64,000 nt of DNA from an uncultured Thermotogaceae bacterium (lineage in GTDB: Bacteria > Thermotogota > Thermotogae > MWEM01), in contig CAYOFT010000002.1 in assembly GCA_964403295.1 (NCBI GenBank), positions 12,565 to 76,564 on the forward strand, written 5' to 3'. This document shows, in pieces, positions 47,901 through 55,547 of this stretch. Position numbers and translations under genes: made by a program. Below the pieces are notes generated by a model. The model worked only from the letters and a program-made list of their open reading frames with translations. It was not told the DNA's origin and searched no databases. Positions within the stretch are counted from its first letter, which is position 1. The number at the start of each line of letters is the position of its first letter.

Positions 47901-47932
47901 TTGTTCAAAATAGTGAGAACGAAAATGAATAA
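44903..47932 (+). CDS. Continuous 1009-codon ORF: lipoprotein signal peptidase II domain, ~170-aa unassigned segment, glycine--tRNA ligase beta subunit
   Basis: LspA part GNTGISFGMF, GGALGNQIDR, FNVSDSFVVVGA (aa 1-150). No in-frame stop before the GlyS part. Frame checked codon by codon across 45302-45900. Confidence 0.7.
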   Translation: MMILMSFWLVLALFLDQFSKKIIVELVSTGETIEVFGNNLMITNVGNTGISFGMFQGYTHILIPLVFIIIIMVFIVSLKFVRQSPWLAFAFGAIIGGALGNQIDRLFKGAVVDFIYVNGFAVFNVSDSFVVVGAFILGIHTIFAAENKESNSLDQSIQIPYRISNLINSGKFDYFGRIGRVKEELIKWFLNDKIDTVILSKETDKDFLSILTNSGLQKDKKPVILIQDLEDKDKEINLITKDEHQNNIDVYYLSSVKRWNKTKIIFENERQYKTKSIYNPILNGNIRKKSKKPILKLMFIYKNNENTFKKELEGRPAMMTNNDFILEIVTEEIPPTEISELQEQFEKGFSEFLHNLRIKHGQMKFFYAARRFGIYVKEIALIQDDLEEVKRGPAKKIAFDAEGNPSKALIGFLKGNNASKDDVIIKEDNANEYCYIKRIVKGKGTKEVLQNNLSQFLGNLNFKKSMRWADGSLRFVRPIHNILSILAGELVEFSFMGVQSKKVTLAHRFKENAVEIQSAGVYFEKMIENNVYADQNQRKEKIKTEIRELEKEKDIKIPNDEELLEEITAITEYPNAVLGQFDDRFLKLPKEVLITTLKHHQRTFPVIKDQQIIAYFLSFQDNEERSHENVKTGYRKVIEARLEDALFYFHEDMKKPFSQRIEDLKEIGFQNNLGSLYEKVLRINKLSQEICTIFKFENEIIENVQKTTLLMKNDLTTQMVYEFPELQGIMGRIYAKISGETHAVYQSIEEQYSETVPETLCGCITTLSDNLDTIAGNLLINNIPSGSKDPFGLRRALTKCLNIIISMEWDINLLELFDFALDLYDFDIEPSKKAIISELFLDLLKNRIEFYLNEKKIPYDVINATIHLGNNPIRCVLAAKSLSEIKKESDFIDLTRIFERVHNISKNHTSNYYDSRLFEHEEEKKLEEKFNDIRDEVNRALMRFDYKTALEKVKDLRITVDEYFDNVFVMSEREDLKLTRLGFLKTLDDFLLNMGNFGEIVQNSENENE
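45854..47932 (+). CDS. glyS: Glycine--tRNA ligase beta subunit (internal start within the long ORF)
   Basis: ATGATG at 45854 preceded by GGAAGGGAGA. MMTNNDFILEIVTEEIPP matches canonical GlyS N-termini. 692 aa, normal GlyS length. Confidence 0.75.
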   Translation: MMTNNDFILEIVTEEIPPTEISELQEQFEKGFSEFLHNLRIKHGQMKFFYAARRFGIYVKEIALIQDDLEEVKRGPAKKIAFDAEGNPSKALIGFLKGNNASKDDVIIKEDNANEYCYIKRIVKGKGTKEVLQNNLSQFLGNLNFKKSMRWADGSLRFVRPIHNILSILAGELVEFSFMGVQSKKVTLAHRFKENAVEIQSAGVYFEKMIENNVYADQNQRKEKIKTEIRELEKEKDIKIPNDEELLEEITAITEYPNAVLGQFDDRFLKLPKEVLITTLKHHQRTFPVIKDQQIIAYFLSFQDNEERSHENVKTGYRKVIEARLEDALFYFHEDMKKPFSQRIEDLKEIGFQNNLGSLYEKVLRINKLSQEICTIFKFENEIIENVQKTTLLMKNDLTTQMVYEFPELQGIMGRIYAKISGETHAVYQSIEEQYSETVPETLCGCITTLSDNLDTIAGNLLINNIPSGSKDPFGLRRALTKCLNIIISMEWDINLLELFDFALDLYDFDIEPSKKAIISELFLDLLKNRIEFYLNEKKIPYDVINATIHLGNNPIRCVLAAKSLSEIKKESDFIDLTRIFERVHNISKNHTSNYYDSRLFEHEEEKKLEEKFNDIRDEVNRALMRFDYKTALEKVKDLRITVDEYFDNVFVMSEREDLKLTRLGFLKTLDDFLLNMGNFGEIVQNSENENE

Positions 47933-48353
47933 GGGAAGTTATTTACTGTTTATCGAATTACCTGAGGATATTCTTCTAACAATATCAGGTAAAAAATGTT
48001 ATATTCAGAATGGTTTATATACTTATGTTGGCTCAGCGATGAAAAATCTAAAGCAAAGAATCAATAGACACATTTCATTTAATGAAGGGAATTACAAAAG
48101 GCATTGGCACATCGATCAGTTACTTGAAAAAGGAAAGATTATATCAACGTTGGCATTACCAAGTGAAGATAGAACAGAAGAGGAGTTATCTATGTTTCTT
48201 TCCACATTCTATCAAACGATTTCAGGCTTTGGTGCCACGGATTGCAAAAGAGTCGATTCAAATCTCTTTTATTTAAGTAATCATTTAGAAGACTATTTTT
48301 CCATTATAAGAAAGGTATTGGAGTATAATTGCAACAGGAAAATGAAGAACTGA
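47925..48353 (+). CDS. DUF123-type GIY-YIG (Uri) superfamily protein
   Basis: GSYLLFIEL, GLYTYVGSAMKNLKQRINRH, KRHWHIDQLL. ATG overlaps the glyS stop by 8 nt. Confidence 0.6.
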   Translation: MNKGSYLLFIELPEDILLTISGKKCYIQNGLYTYVGSAMKNLKQRINRHISFNEGNYKRHWHIDQLLEKGKIISTLALPSEDRTEEELSMFLSTFYQTISGFGATDCKRVDSNLFYLSNHLEDYFSIIRKVLEYNCNRKMKN

Positions 48354-49462
48354 AAAGCAATCAACTGCAAAAGGTAAATTATAAAGGTATTATTTATCTT
48401 CTATCACTGATCATGGTTATTGGAATTGTGGTACTGTATAGTTCCAGTTATATCATCTACTATAAGTATCCCGAGATGGATTTTGATTACTATCTGATCA
48501 GACAATTGATTAATATAATCATTGGATTGGTTTTTATGTTTATCATAGCCGTTATACCATTTCAAAAACATATGAGATTGGCACCTTTTTATATGGTAGG
48601 CATCGTTTTTTTACTTCTTGCGGTATTTATCTTTCCCGAACAAGGTGGAAGCAGTAGATGGATTGATTTTGGTATCATGAATCTACAACCATCAGAACTT
48701 TCAAAGATATTTCTTATTTTATTTATTTCGTCCTATTTTTTTAGAGATGAAGAAAACAGGCACAACGGGATATTGGAACAATTATTAATTCCATTGGGAT
48801 GGATTATCATGTTAACTCTTCTAATAGCTGTTGAACCTGATTTAAGTAGTTCACTCATCATCTTTTTAATTGGATTAATTGTACTATACATTAGTGGTTT
48901 GAGATTATCTTATTTTGTATTAATCTTGATCATGTGTATAATCGGTGTGATTATGTTATTCCAGCTTGATTTACTGAAACCCTATCAAATGGAACGCATA
49001 CAATCATTTCTTGGAATGAGTCAGGAAATTGCTTCTGAAGGGCAAGTAGATGTTAGTTTAAGAGCCATTTCTTCTGGCGGATTACTGGGTGAAGGGTTAG
49101 GTATGGGAAATTATAAATACATCATCCCGGTTCAATTTACTGATTTTATCTTTGCAATATTAGGTGAAGAGTTGGGGTTTGTAGGTATGGCCGTATTTCT
49201 TTTCCTCTATTACTTTATGAGTCGGAATTTGATCAAAGCCGCCATTAATGGTATCCATAATAATGCAGCAAAGGTTTTTATCATAGGTTTTGCTTACTTA
49301 ATTATGTTACAGGTGGTTATCAACGTGGGGGTTGTTTTTGGATTACTTCCACCTACCGGTGTAACGCTACCATTTGTAAGTTATGGTGGAAGTTCTATGC
49401 TGGCTTTTTTGGGTGGTTTTGGTTTCTTCCTTAGTGCATTAAACGAAAGCATCAAGGATTAG
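48329..49462 (+). CDS. SEDS-family peptidoglycan polymerase (FtsW/RodA)
   Basis: About ten TM helices; LQPSELSKI, TDFIFA, TGVTLPFVSYGGSS. TTG start after GGAG. Confidence 0.8.
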   Translation: MQQENEELKSNQLQKVNYKGIIYLLSLIMVIGIVVLYSSSYIIYYKYPEMDFDYYLIRQLINIIIGLVFMFIIAVIPFQKHMRLAPFYMVGIVFLLLAVFIFPEQGGSSRWIDFGIMNLQPSELSKIFLILFISSYFFRDEENRHNGILEQLLIPLGWIIMLTLLIAVEPDLSSSLIIFLIGLIVLYISGLRLSYFVLILIMCIIGVIMLFQLDLLKPYQMERIQSFLGMSQEIASEGQVDVSLRAISSGGLLGEGLGMGNYKYIIPVQFTDFIFAILGEELGFVGMAVFLFLYYFMSRNLIKAAINGIHNNAAKVFIIGFAYLIMLQVVINVGVVFGLLPPTGVTLPFVSYGGSSMLAFLGGFGFFLSALNESIKD

Positions 49463-49503
49463 TGTTTTTTTGATTAGTTAAAATAAAATAAAGAGGAGTT
49501 TAT

Positions 49504-50799
49504 ATGTCATATAAAACAGCAAGAGAACTTGTTTCTACATTTGAGCAAAAAAGGGCAGCAAAGTTTTCAGTTCAGTATGAAGAATTATTGTCATCTTTAA
49601 GTCCATCCGTTCGAATACAAGCAATAAATGGACTGATGAAGTTTGACATCCATTCCAGCAAAGTTGAAGACCTTTTAAAAGACCCGCATCCCTTGGTGAG
49701 AAAATCCGTTGTTAAATATTTCCGTGAAAATGGTGTGAGTGAAGATTATAAAAAGATTGTGCCTTTGCTTGATGATCCCGACGAAAAAGTAGTTGAGGAG
49801 GTTATTCAAACTGTTTATTGGCTTACCTCTGAATTTGATATCAAACCATACTTAGATAATGATTCACCAAAAATACGTTATATTACATTAAAAACTTTAG
49901 AGGAAGAAATTGATGAAGAACGATTAGAAAAACTCATAAAAGATTTAAACCCCAAGGTTCATGGATTGGCCTGGACAATTAAAACCAACAGATCAGATGA
50001 CCCTGAATTCTTAAAACGAGTCATCAAAGAATCTAAGGATTTTATGTTAAAGAAGATGGCATTGAAGAAATTACTACCTTATGATGCTTCTTTTTGTATC
50101 CAAGAGTTCGAAACGTTTATTAACGATCACAATCAATTTACAATAAAAGAAAGACGTTCTTTACTCAGTTTGATTAAGGAAATACCATTGGAAGCTGCTG
50201 AAAAGCTTGTTAATCATCAAATAGAAGAAGTGAAAGATGAAGATTTGCTTGATAAATTAATCGTACCATATGTAGTTTTGAATATTGAAGCTCCCGCAAA
50301 AGTTATCACTGTTCTTAATTCTTTTGCTATTCATGATTCACCGGCAATCAGAGTCCAAGTCTTGAAAGGTTTTTCGAAGTTAAACGAAACATCGACAGTC
50401 GAACAGATCAGATCAATGTACAAAGATCCAGATGAAAAAGTAAGAGCAGCTTGTGTTACAGTCATGACAAAAATGCTGGATTATCATTTGGTTGAATTAA
50501 TTGATGAACTGGTTAATGATTATAGTAAATACGTAAGAAAGGCCATTATAAAAGCCATTGGCAGATTAAAGATTGAAGATGCCTACGATCATATCCTATC
50601 TTCCATTGAAAATCATTTAGAAGATGATACAGTCAGAAAAGAAGCAATGTCAATTGCTTCACGTTTAAAATTGGCAGCAGCTGCTAATGTTCTTGAATTA
50701 ATTATAAACAATGAATACGAAGAATTTGAGATTACAAACCATGCGGCAAGAGCACTTTTGCGGATTTCACCTGAAAGAGTCATCGAACTCTTAAGTTAG
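49504..50799 (+). CDS. HEAT-repeat (PBS-lyase-type) protein
   Basis: At least eight repeats of the D-P/S-x-x-x-V-R type, e.g. KDPHPLVRKS, DDPDEKVVEE, KDPDEKVRAA. Confidence 0.65.
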   Translation: MSYKTARELVSTFEQKRAAKFSVQYEELLSSLSPSVRIQAINGLMKFDIHSSKVEDLLKDPHPLVRKSVVKYFRENGVSEDYKKIVPLLDDPDEKVVEEVIQTVYWLTSEFDIKPYLDNDSPKIRYITLKTLEEEIDEERLEKLIKDLNPKVHGLAWTIKTNRSDDPEFLKRVIKESKDFMLKKMALKKLLPYDASFCIQEFETFINDHNQFTIKERRSLLSLIKEIPLEAAEKLVNHQIEEVKDEDLLDKLIVPYVVLNIEAPAKVITVLNSFAIHDSPAIRVQVLKGFSKLNETSTVEQIRSMYKDPDEKVRAACVTVMTKMLDYHLVELIDELVNDYSKYVRKAIIKAIGRLKIEDAYDHILSSIENHLEDDTVRKEAMSIASRLKLAAAANVLELIINNEYEEFEITNHAARALLRISPERVIELLS

Positions 50800-50804
50800 T
50801 TGAT

Positions 50805-53342
50805 TTAAAAAATGGCCAAATCAAATTCTTTTTTTAAAGGTTCAACTCTGATGAATTTTTCCGGAAATTGTTTGATGGCAAAACTCGTCGTGAATTTGTC
50901 TAAAGTGAGTCTCGGCTCACCGCCTTGATCTCTTAATGCAAATTCAATGCTTGTTTCATTTTCCCAACAATGAAGATCCTTAATAATGGCTATTTTTAAT
51001 GTCTCAAATTTTTTTCTGTCCATATCATAACGCGTTCCGAAGTTCAACTTCAATTTTTCAAAGGAGCCGGAAAAATCTAAATCCAGTTTTTTTGATCTTG
51101 AGTATTTCGTGTCAAAACCCAAACTAGTCTTATCAAACTTGATATTAAGGGAATTCTTTATATAATTTATTTTTCTATCATTTTCTTCCTCTTTTGGTAG
51201 TATTTGTATATCAAAATTATTCACAAGGCTGTCAATCGGGCCGATCTTACCAATAGAAATAGAGTTTTTGTTGGTGAGTTTGTCCAAATCCAATCCCTGA
51301 TTTTCCTTATAATAATTAAAAATCAACTCGAAATTTGAAGAAAATTTCTTGAAGTTATTAATTGGACCGAATTCAATACCAAAAGAATCGGTTAATTTCC
51401 TAACGTTGATGTCTTGGTCATATAAATAAACAAAATTCAATTGATTGTTAAAAAAGTCATTATTAATGGAAAAATTATAATCAGTGGATAAAAATTTAGT
51501 ATCACTGGCATCAATAATGCTTTTTGTATCGAATTTAAAACGTGTATCCAATAGTTTGAAATCTGTATTCGTTAATAATTGGGGATTAGATAGTCTCTGT
51601 TCATCTTTTAAAAAATCATAGGATGTTTTTAATATGATCTTTGAAAAAACGAAAGATAAATCCAAACTGGAAGTAAAGTTCAAAAGGTTTTTCTCTTTAT
51701 TATAATTAAACCTTGACGTGTTTCCATCGGATTTAAGAAAAACATAGTCATGTGTGATCGTGTTTTTCCACAAGAAAAGGTTGAAATTCATATTAGTAAT
51801 AACATTTTCAGAATATCGATAAGCCTTCTCATCTTGATAATCCTGCAATAAACCTGCTCGCATTGTATATTGTGTATTTATTCCAAAAAAATCTTTCCAA
51901 TTGAAACCTATTTTTGGTAATGTGAATGTATTGTCAATCTTGAAATCGTCGGTATATTTTTCCTGACTTTTAAAGGAGTAATTAATATCTGTTGTTAATC
52001 CATTGACGAGCTTAACATCTCTAATAATGATCTCAGGTAATGCCGTTGAAAGTCCGTATTGCCCGTTGTAATTCATATTTGATAATTTATCCAAAAAAGA
52101 AACAGATGCCTCTGAAGTATTAGCTGCACTGAATTTTAAATCCTTAAAATTTATACTAATTGGGAAAGCTTCAGGAAAGAACTTAAACCCCATTTTTGAT
52201 ATGGAAAAAGATGGTAAAGTTATGGTATTTTCATTTTTGTTTTTTGATCGGACTTCAGTCTTATTCATATTAAATGAAAAAGGAGAATTATTAACTTTTC
52301 CTTTTAAACTGATTCCAAAACTTGTGTTTCTACTTGTTATTTCATCGTTTGCAATGCTCATCTTATTGTTAAAATAAAACAAAGACTCAAGTTGATCATC
52401 CCATTTTCGAGCAAGTTCAAAATTCAATTGATTTGATCTATTAGAAAAATCTTCCTGTGTCTTTTGTAATCCGTAAAAATAGACCCTTGTTTTTCCGTCG
52501 GGTAATGTAAATTTATTTTCAGCACCTATTGTATTACCTTTTTTATCTCCATCGCCAACTGTATCAAAAAACACTGCTCCGATTTCGTCATTTTTAGAAT
52601 AGTAATTGAAACGTAAATGCGTCTGAATACCAGAAGAACCTGTAAAAGTAAATGATGACTCAACAGGCTGTGCCTTCCTTTCCAGAGAAGAAAAATACAC
52701 AGGATAAGGCAGAACCGGTATATCATAAATATACATCAAGAGATCATAGGCAATTATCTCGTTGCTCTCTTTGACGACTATATAATTTGCTTGAAATCTG
52801 TAGTGAGGTTTTGTTTCTTCACAAGTAGTTAAATAGCCTTTTTGGGCTTCAGTTATGTTCTTTTCATCAAAAGGCTTGCTTCTGCTTTTTTCTGCCGCCA
52901 GAATAATTTCTTTATTTTTACCCTTTGCGTCTTTTGCTTTATAAGTTCCTCGCAGTTCGTATAAAAAATAAGCTTTTTTTTGTACATAAGCTTTCAGACT
53001 TTTTGAAGTAAAGGTTTCTTTGTCCTTAAAAAGGTAAACAGGTGTGCTTTCAGATGATTCGGCTAGAAAATATTCTACAGTATCTTCATTTTCAAAATGT
53101 GCCGTTACAGTTGGGGCTTTAATAATGATATCTTCATATTTTATCTCAACCCCTTCAGAAAATACAACTTTTTTATTATCACCTGAGAAATTAAACGAAC
53201 CGGCTGAAATTTCTACCTGAATTTCTCCAGGCCCCGGTTCAATGGTTTCTTCCTGAGAAAATAACGTCAGGGGTAATATGAGTATGATCATAATCAATAT
53301 GTGAAGTAAATTATATAGGTTGTTTGTTTTGATAACCATCAT
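50805..53342 (-). CDS. LptD/OstA-like large outer-membrane beta-barrel protein
   Basis: Signal-like LHILIMIILILPLTLFS. N-terminal OstA-like strands. YLTTCEETKPHYRFQANYIVV...AYDLLMYIYDIPVLPYPVYF resembles the LptD TxC...W...PV.Y.P region. Long strand-rich C-terminus ending DLAIF. Confidence 0.55.
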   Translation of the reverse strand: MMVIKTNNLYNLLHILIMIILILPLTLFSQEETIEPGPGEIQVEISAGSFNFSGDNKKVVFSEGVEIKYEDIIIKAPTVTAHFENEDTVEYFLAESSESTPVYLFKDKETFTSKSLKAYVQKKAYFLYELRGTYKAKDAKGKNKEIILAAEKSRSKPFDEKNITEAQKGYLTTCEETKPHYRFQANYIVVKESNEIIAYDLLMYIYDIPVLPYPVYFSSLERKAQPVESSFTFTGSSGIQTHLRFNYYSKNDEIGAVFFDTVGDGDKKGNTIGAENKFTLPDGKTRVYFYGLQKTQEDFSNRSNQLNFELARKWDDQLESLFYFNNKMSIANDEITSRNTSFGISLKGKVNNSPFSFNMNKTEVRSKNKNENTITLPSFSISKMGFKFFPEAFPISINFKDLKFSAANTSEASVSFLDKLSNMNYNGQYGLSTALPEIIIRDVKLVNGLTTDINYSFKSQEKYTDDFKIDNTFTLPKIGFNWKDFFGINTQYTMRAGLLQDYQDEKAYRYSENVITNMNFNLFLWKNTITHDYVFLKSDGNTSRFNYNKEKNLLNFTSSLDLSFVFSKIILKTSYDFLKDEQRLSNPQLLTNTDFKLLDTRFKFDTKSIIDASDTKFLSTDYNFSINNDFFNNQLNFVYLYDQDINVRKLTDSFGIEFGPINNFKKFSSNFELIFNYYKENQGLDLDKLTNKNSISIGKIGPIDSLVNNFDIQILPKEEENDRKINYIKNSLNIKFDKTSLGFDTKYSRSKKLDLDFSGSFEKLKLNFGTRYDMDRKKFETLKIAIIKDLHCWENETSIEFALRDQGGEPRLTLDKFTTSFAIKQFPEKFIRVEPLKKEFDLAIF

Positions 53343-53365
53343 TCTCGCTTTCAAGTTGAACAAAG

Positions 53366-53394
53366 AAAATCCGGAGAAAAGATCTCCGGATTTT
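53366..53394 (-). terminator. Intrinsic terminator after the EF-G paralog
   Basis: AAAATCCGGAG / CTCCGGATTTT 11-bp hairpin with a 7-nt loop and a T-rich tail on the minus strand. Confidence 0.7.
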
Positions 53395-53409
53395 TGTTTA
53401 TTCCAAAAA

Positions 53410-55482
53410 TTATTCTTGTTCTTCCAGTTCTCTTTTTCTTTCAGCGATTATTTTATCCTGTTCATTAGAAGGAACTTCTGCATAATGTGCAAATTGCATA
53501 GTGAAATAACCTTTACCGCTTGTTATGGAACTTAACTGATTTGAAAAATCAAGCATTTCTGCATAGGGTACAGTTGCTTTAACGATCTGATAACCTTTAG
53601 AACCCGCTTCCATTCCCATAGGTCTACCTCTTCTAGAAGTTATTTCTCCCATGACATCTCCTGAATTTTCATCAGGTGTATGGACCTCAACATCCATAAC
53701 GGGTTCAAGTAACACCGGTTTGGCATCTTGCATACCTTTCTTAAAAGCTTGTCTTGCAGCAATTTGGAAAGCCATATCAGATGAATCAACGTCATGGTAA
53801 GACCCATCATAAAGCTCTACCTTGATATCGACAACAGGATAAGAAGCAAGAATACCTTTTTTCATTGCTTCAACTACACCTTTTTCAACAGATGGAATGT
53901 AATTATTAGGAACTGATCCACCGAAGATGGATTGAGCGAATTCAAATCCTTTTCCTCTTTCAAGAGGAGACACTTTTATTTTGACATGTCCATATTGACC
54001 ATGCCCTCCAGATTGTTTTTTATGTTTGTATTCTACATCGGAATTCCCTTTAACAGTTTCTTTATAAGGAATCTTAGGTTGTCCAACTTCTACATCAACT
54101 TTGAAAAGCTTCTTCAGTCTTTCAATCATAACATTGAGATGTGATGTTCCCATACCGGAAATAACAGTATCATTAGTTTCTGCATCATGTTCCCAGGTAA
54201 AAGTAGGATCAGATTCTGAGAGTTTAGAAAGCCCATTGGAGATTTTGTCAATGTCTCCTTTTGATTTTGGATGAACTGATTTAGTCAACATAGGTTCGGG
54301 ATATTCAGGTTTAATGACCATTAATTTTCTTGAGGAAGTGCAGAGGGTATCCCCAACTTCACTTTCTTTAAGCTTTGGAATACTGATAATATCTCCAAGC
54401 GTAGCTGTTTCAGTCTCTTCCTGTTCTTTTCCCGTGACATGATAAATATGGGATGCTTTTTCATTGGAATCTTTGTTGACATTAACGATGGCATTTCCGG
54501 TTTTGATCTCACCAGAGAGAACTTTAACAAATGATTGTTTACCAATAAATGGATCAACAGCTGCTTTGAAGATGTAACCTACAAATGGAGCATCTTTTTC
54601 CATTTCTAAATCAAACTCTTTTTCGCCTTCAGCCATTTTTGTTGAAACATTTTTTCTTTGCATTGGATTGATACCTGTTGCTTTAATAAGATCAAGAAAA
54701 AGATCGATTCCAATATTTTTTATGGCAGAACCGCAACATACCGGTACGAGCTGACCTTCTGAATAAGCATTTTTCATCGCTTTTGCAAGTGCAGGACCAT
54801 CAATGTCCTCTCCGCCAAGATATTTTTCCATTAAATCATCATCGGTTTCTACAATATCCTCTACTAATGCCATTCTTAATTCTTCCACTTGATCTTTGAG
54901 TTCTTCAGGGATCTCAACTTTCTCTTTTTTACCACTGGCATCATCTGAATATACGTAGGCACAGTTGTTTAACAAGTCCACAATACCTTTAAAGGAATCT
55001 TCTTTTCCAATTGGTAAGTATACAGGTACGATGTTTTTATCAAATTTTCCTTTTAAATCATCCAGGATTTGATTGAAATCCGCTCTTTCCTTATCCATCT
55101 GATTGACAAAAATCATAATCGGTTTATTAAGCGCTTCAGCCTGTTTCCAAGTTCTTTCAGTTTGAACTTCTATACCCGATGCTGCATTGATTACAGAAAC
55201 AGCATTTTCCGCGGCAAAAAGAGCTGAAATTACTTCGCTTAAAAAGTCACCGAACCCTGGTGTGTCCATTGTGATAAATTCATATCCATCCTTTTCAAAA
55301 GTACCAAATCCAACCGACAAAGTTGTGTTTTTTTCTTTTTCCAAAGGATCGTAATTCATTGTTGTACCAATCTCACTGATTTTTCCTGATAACTTCAGCA
55401 TTGCTTCAATGAGGGTACTTTTTCCAGAACCATTATGACCCATAAAAGTTAAGGTTCTTCTGTTTTCTACTTGTACTGCCAC
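53410..55482 (-). CDS. Elongation factor G paralog (EF-G2-like translational GTPase)
   Basis: G1 GHNGSGKST, G3 DTPGFGDF, G4 NQMD, and full five-domain length. GTG start 8 nt after GGAGG. Confidence 0.8.
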   Translation of the reverse strand: MAVQVENRRTLTFMGHNGSGKSTLIEAMLKLSGKISEIGTTMNYDPLEKEKNTTLSVGFGTFEKDGYEFITMDTPGFGDFLSEVISALFAAENAVSVINAASGIEVQTERTWKQAEALNKPIMIFVNQMDKERADFNQILDDLKGKFDKNIVPVYLPIGKEDSFKGIVDLLNNCAYVYSDDASGKKEKVEIPEELKDQVEELRMALVEDIVETDDDLMEKYLGGEDIDGPALAKAMKNAYSEGQLVPVCCGSAIKNIGIDLFLDLIKATGINPMQRKNVSTKMAEGEKEFDLEMEKDAPFVGYIFKAAVDPFIGKQSFVKVLSGEIKTGNAIVNVNKDSNEKASHIYHVTGKEQEETETATLGDIISIPKLKESEVGDTLCTSSRKLMVIKPEYPEPMLTKSVHPKSKGDIDKISNGLSKLSESDPTFTWEHDAETNDTVISGMGTSHLNVMIERLKKLFKVDVEVGQPKIPYKETVKGNSDVEYKHKKQSGGHGQYGHVKIKVSPLERGKGFEFAQSIFGGSVPNNYIPSVEKGVVEAMKKGILASYPVVDIKVELYDGSYHDVDSSDMAFQIAARQAFKKGMQDAKPVLLEPVMDVEVHTPDENSGDVMGEITSRRGRPMGMEAGSKGYQIVKATVPYAEMLDFSNQLSSITSGKGYFTMQFAHYAEVPSNEQDKIIAERKRELEEQE

Positions 55483-55547
55483 AAAATGCACCTCCAAACG
55501 GAACAATATTTTTGTCCGCTTAATCTATTAGTTTAAAATTATACTGT

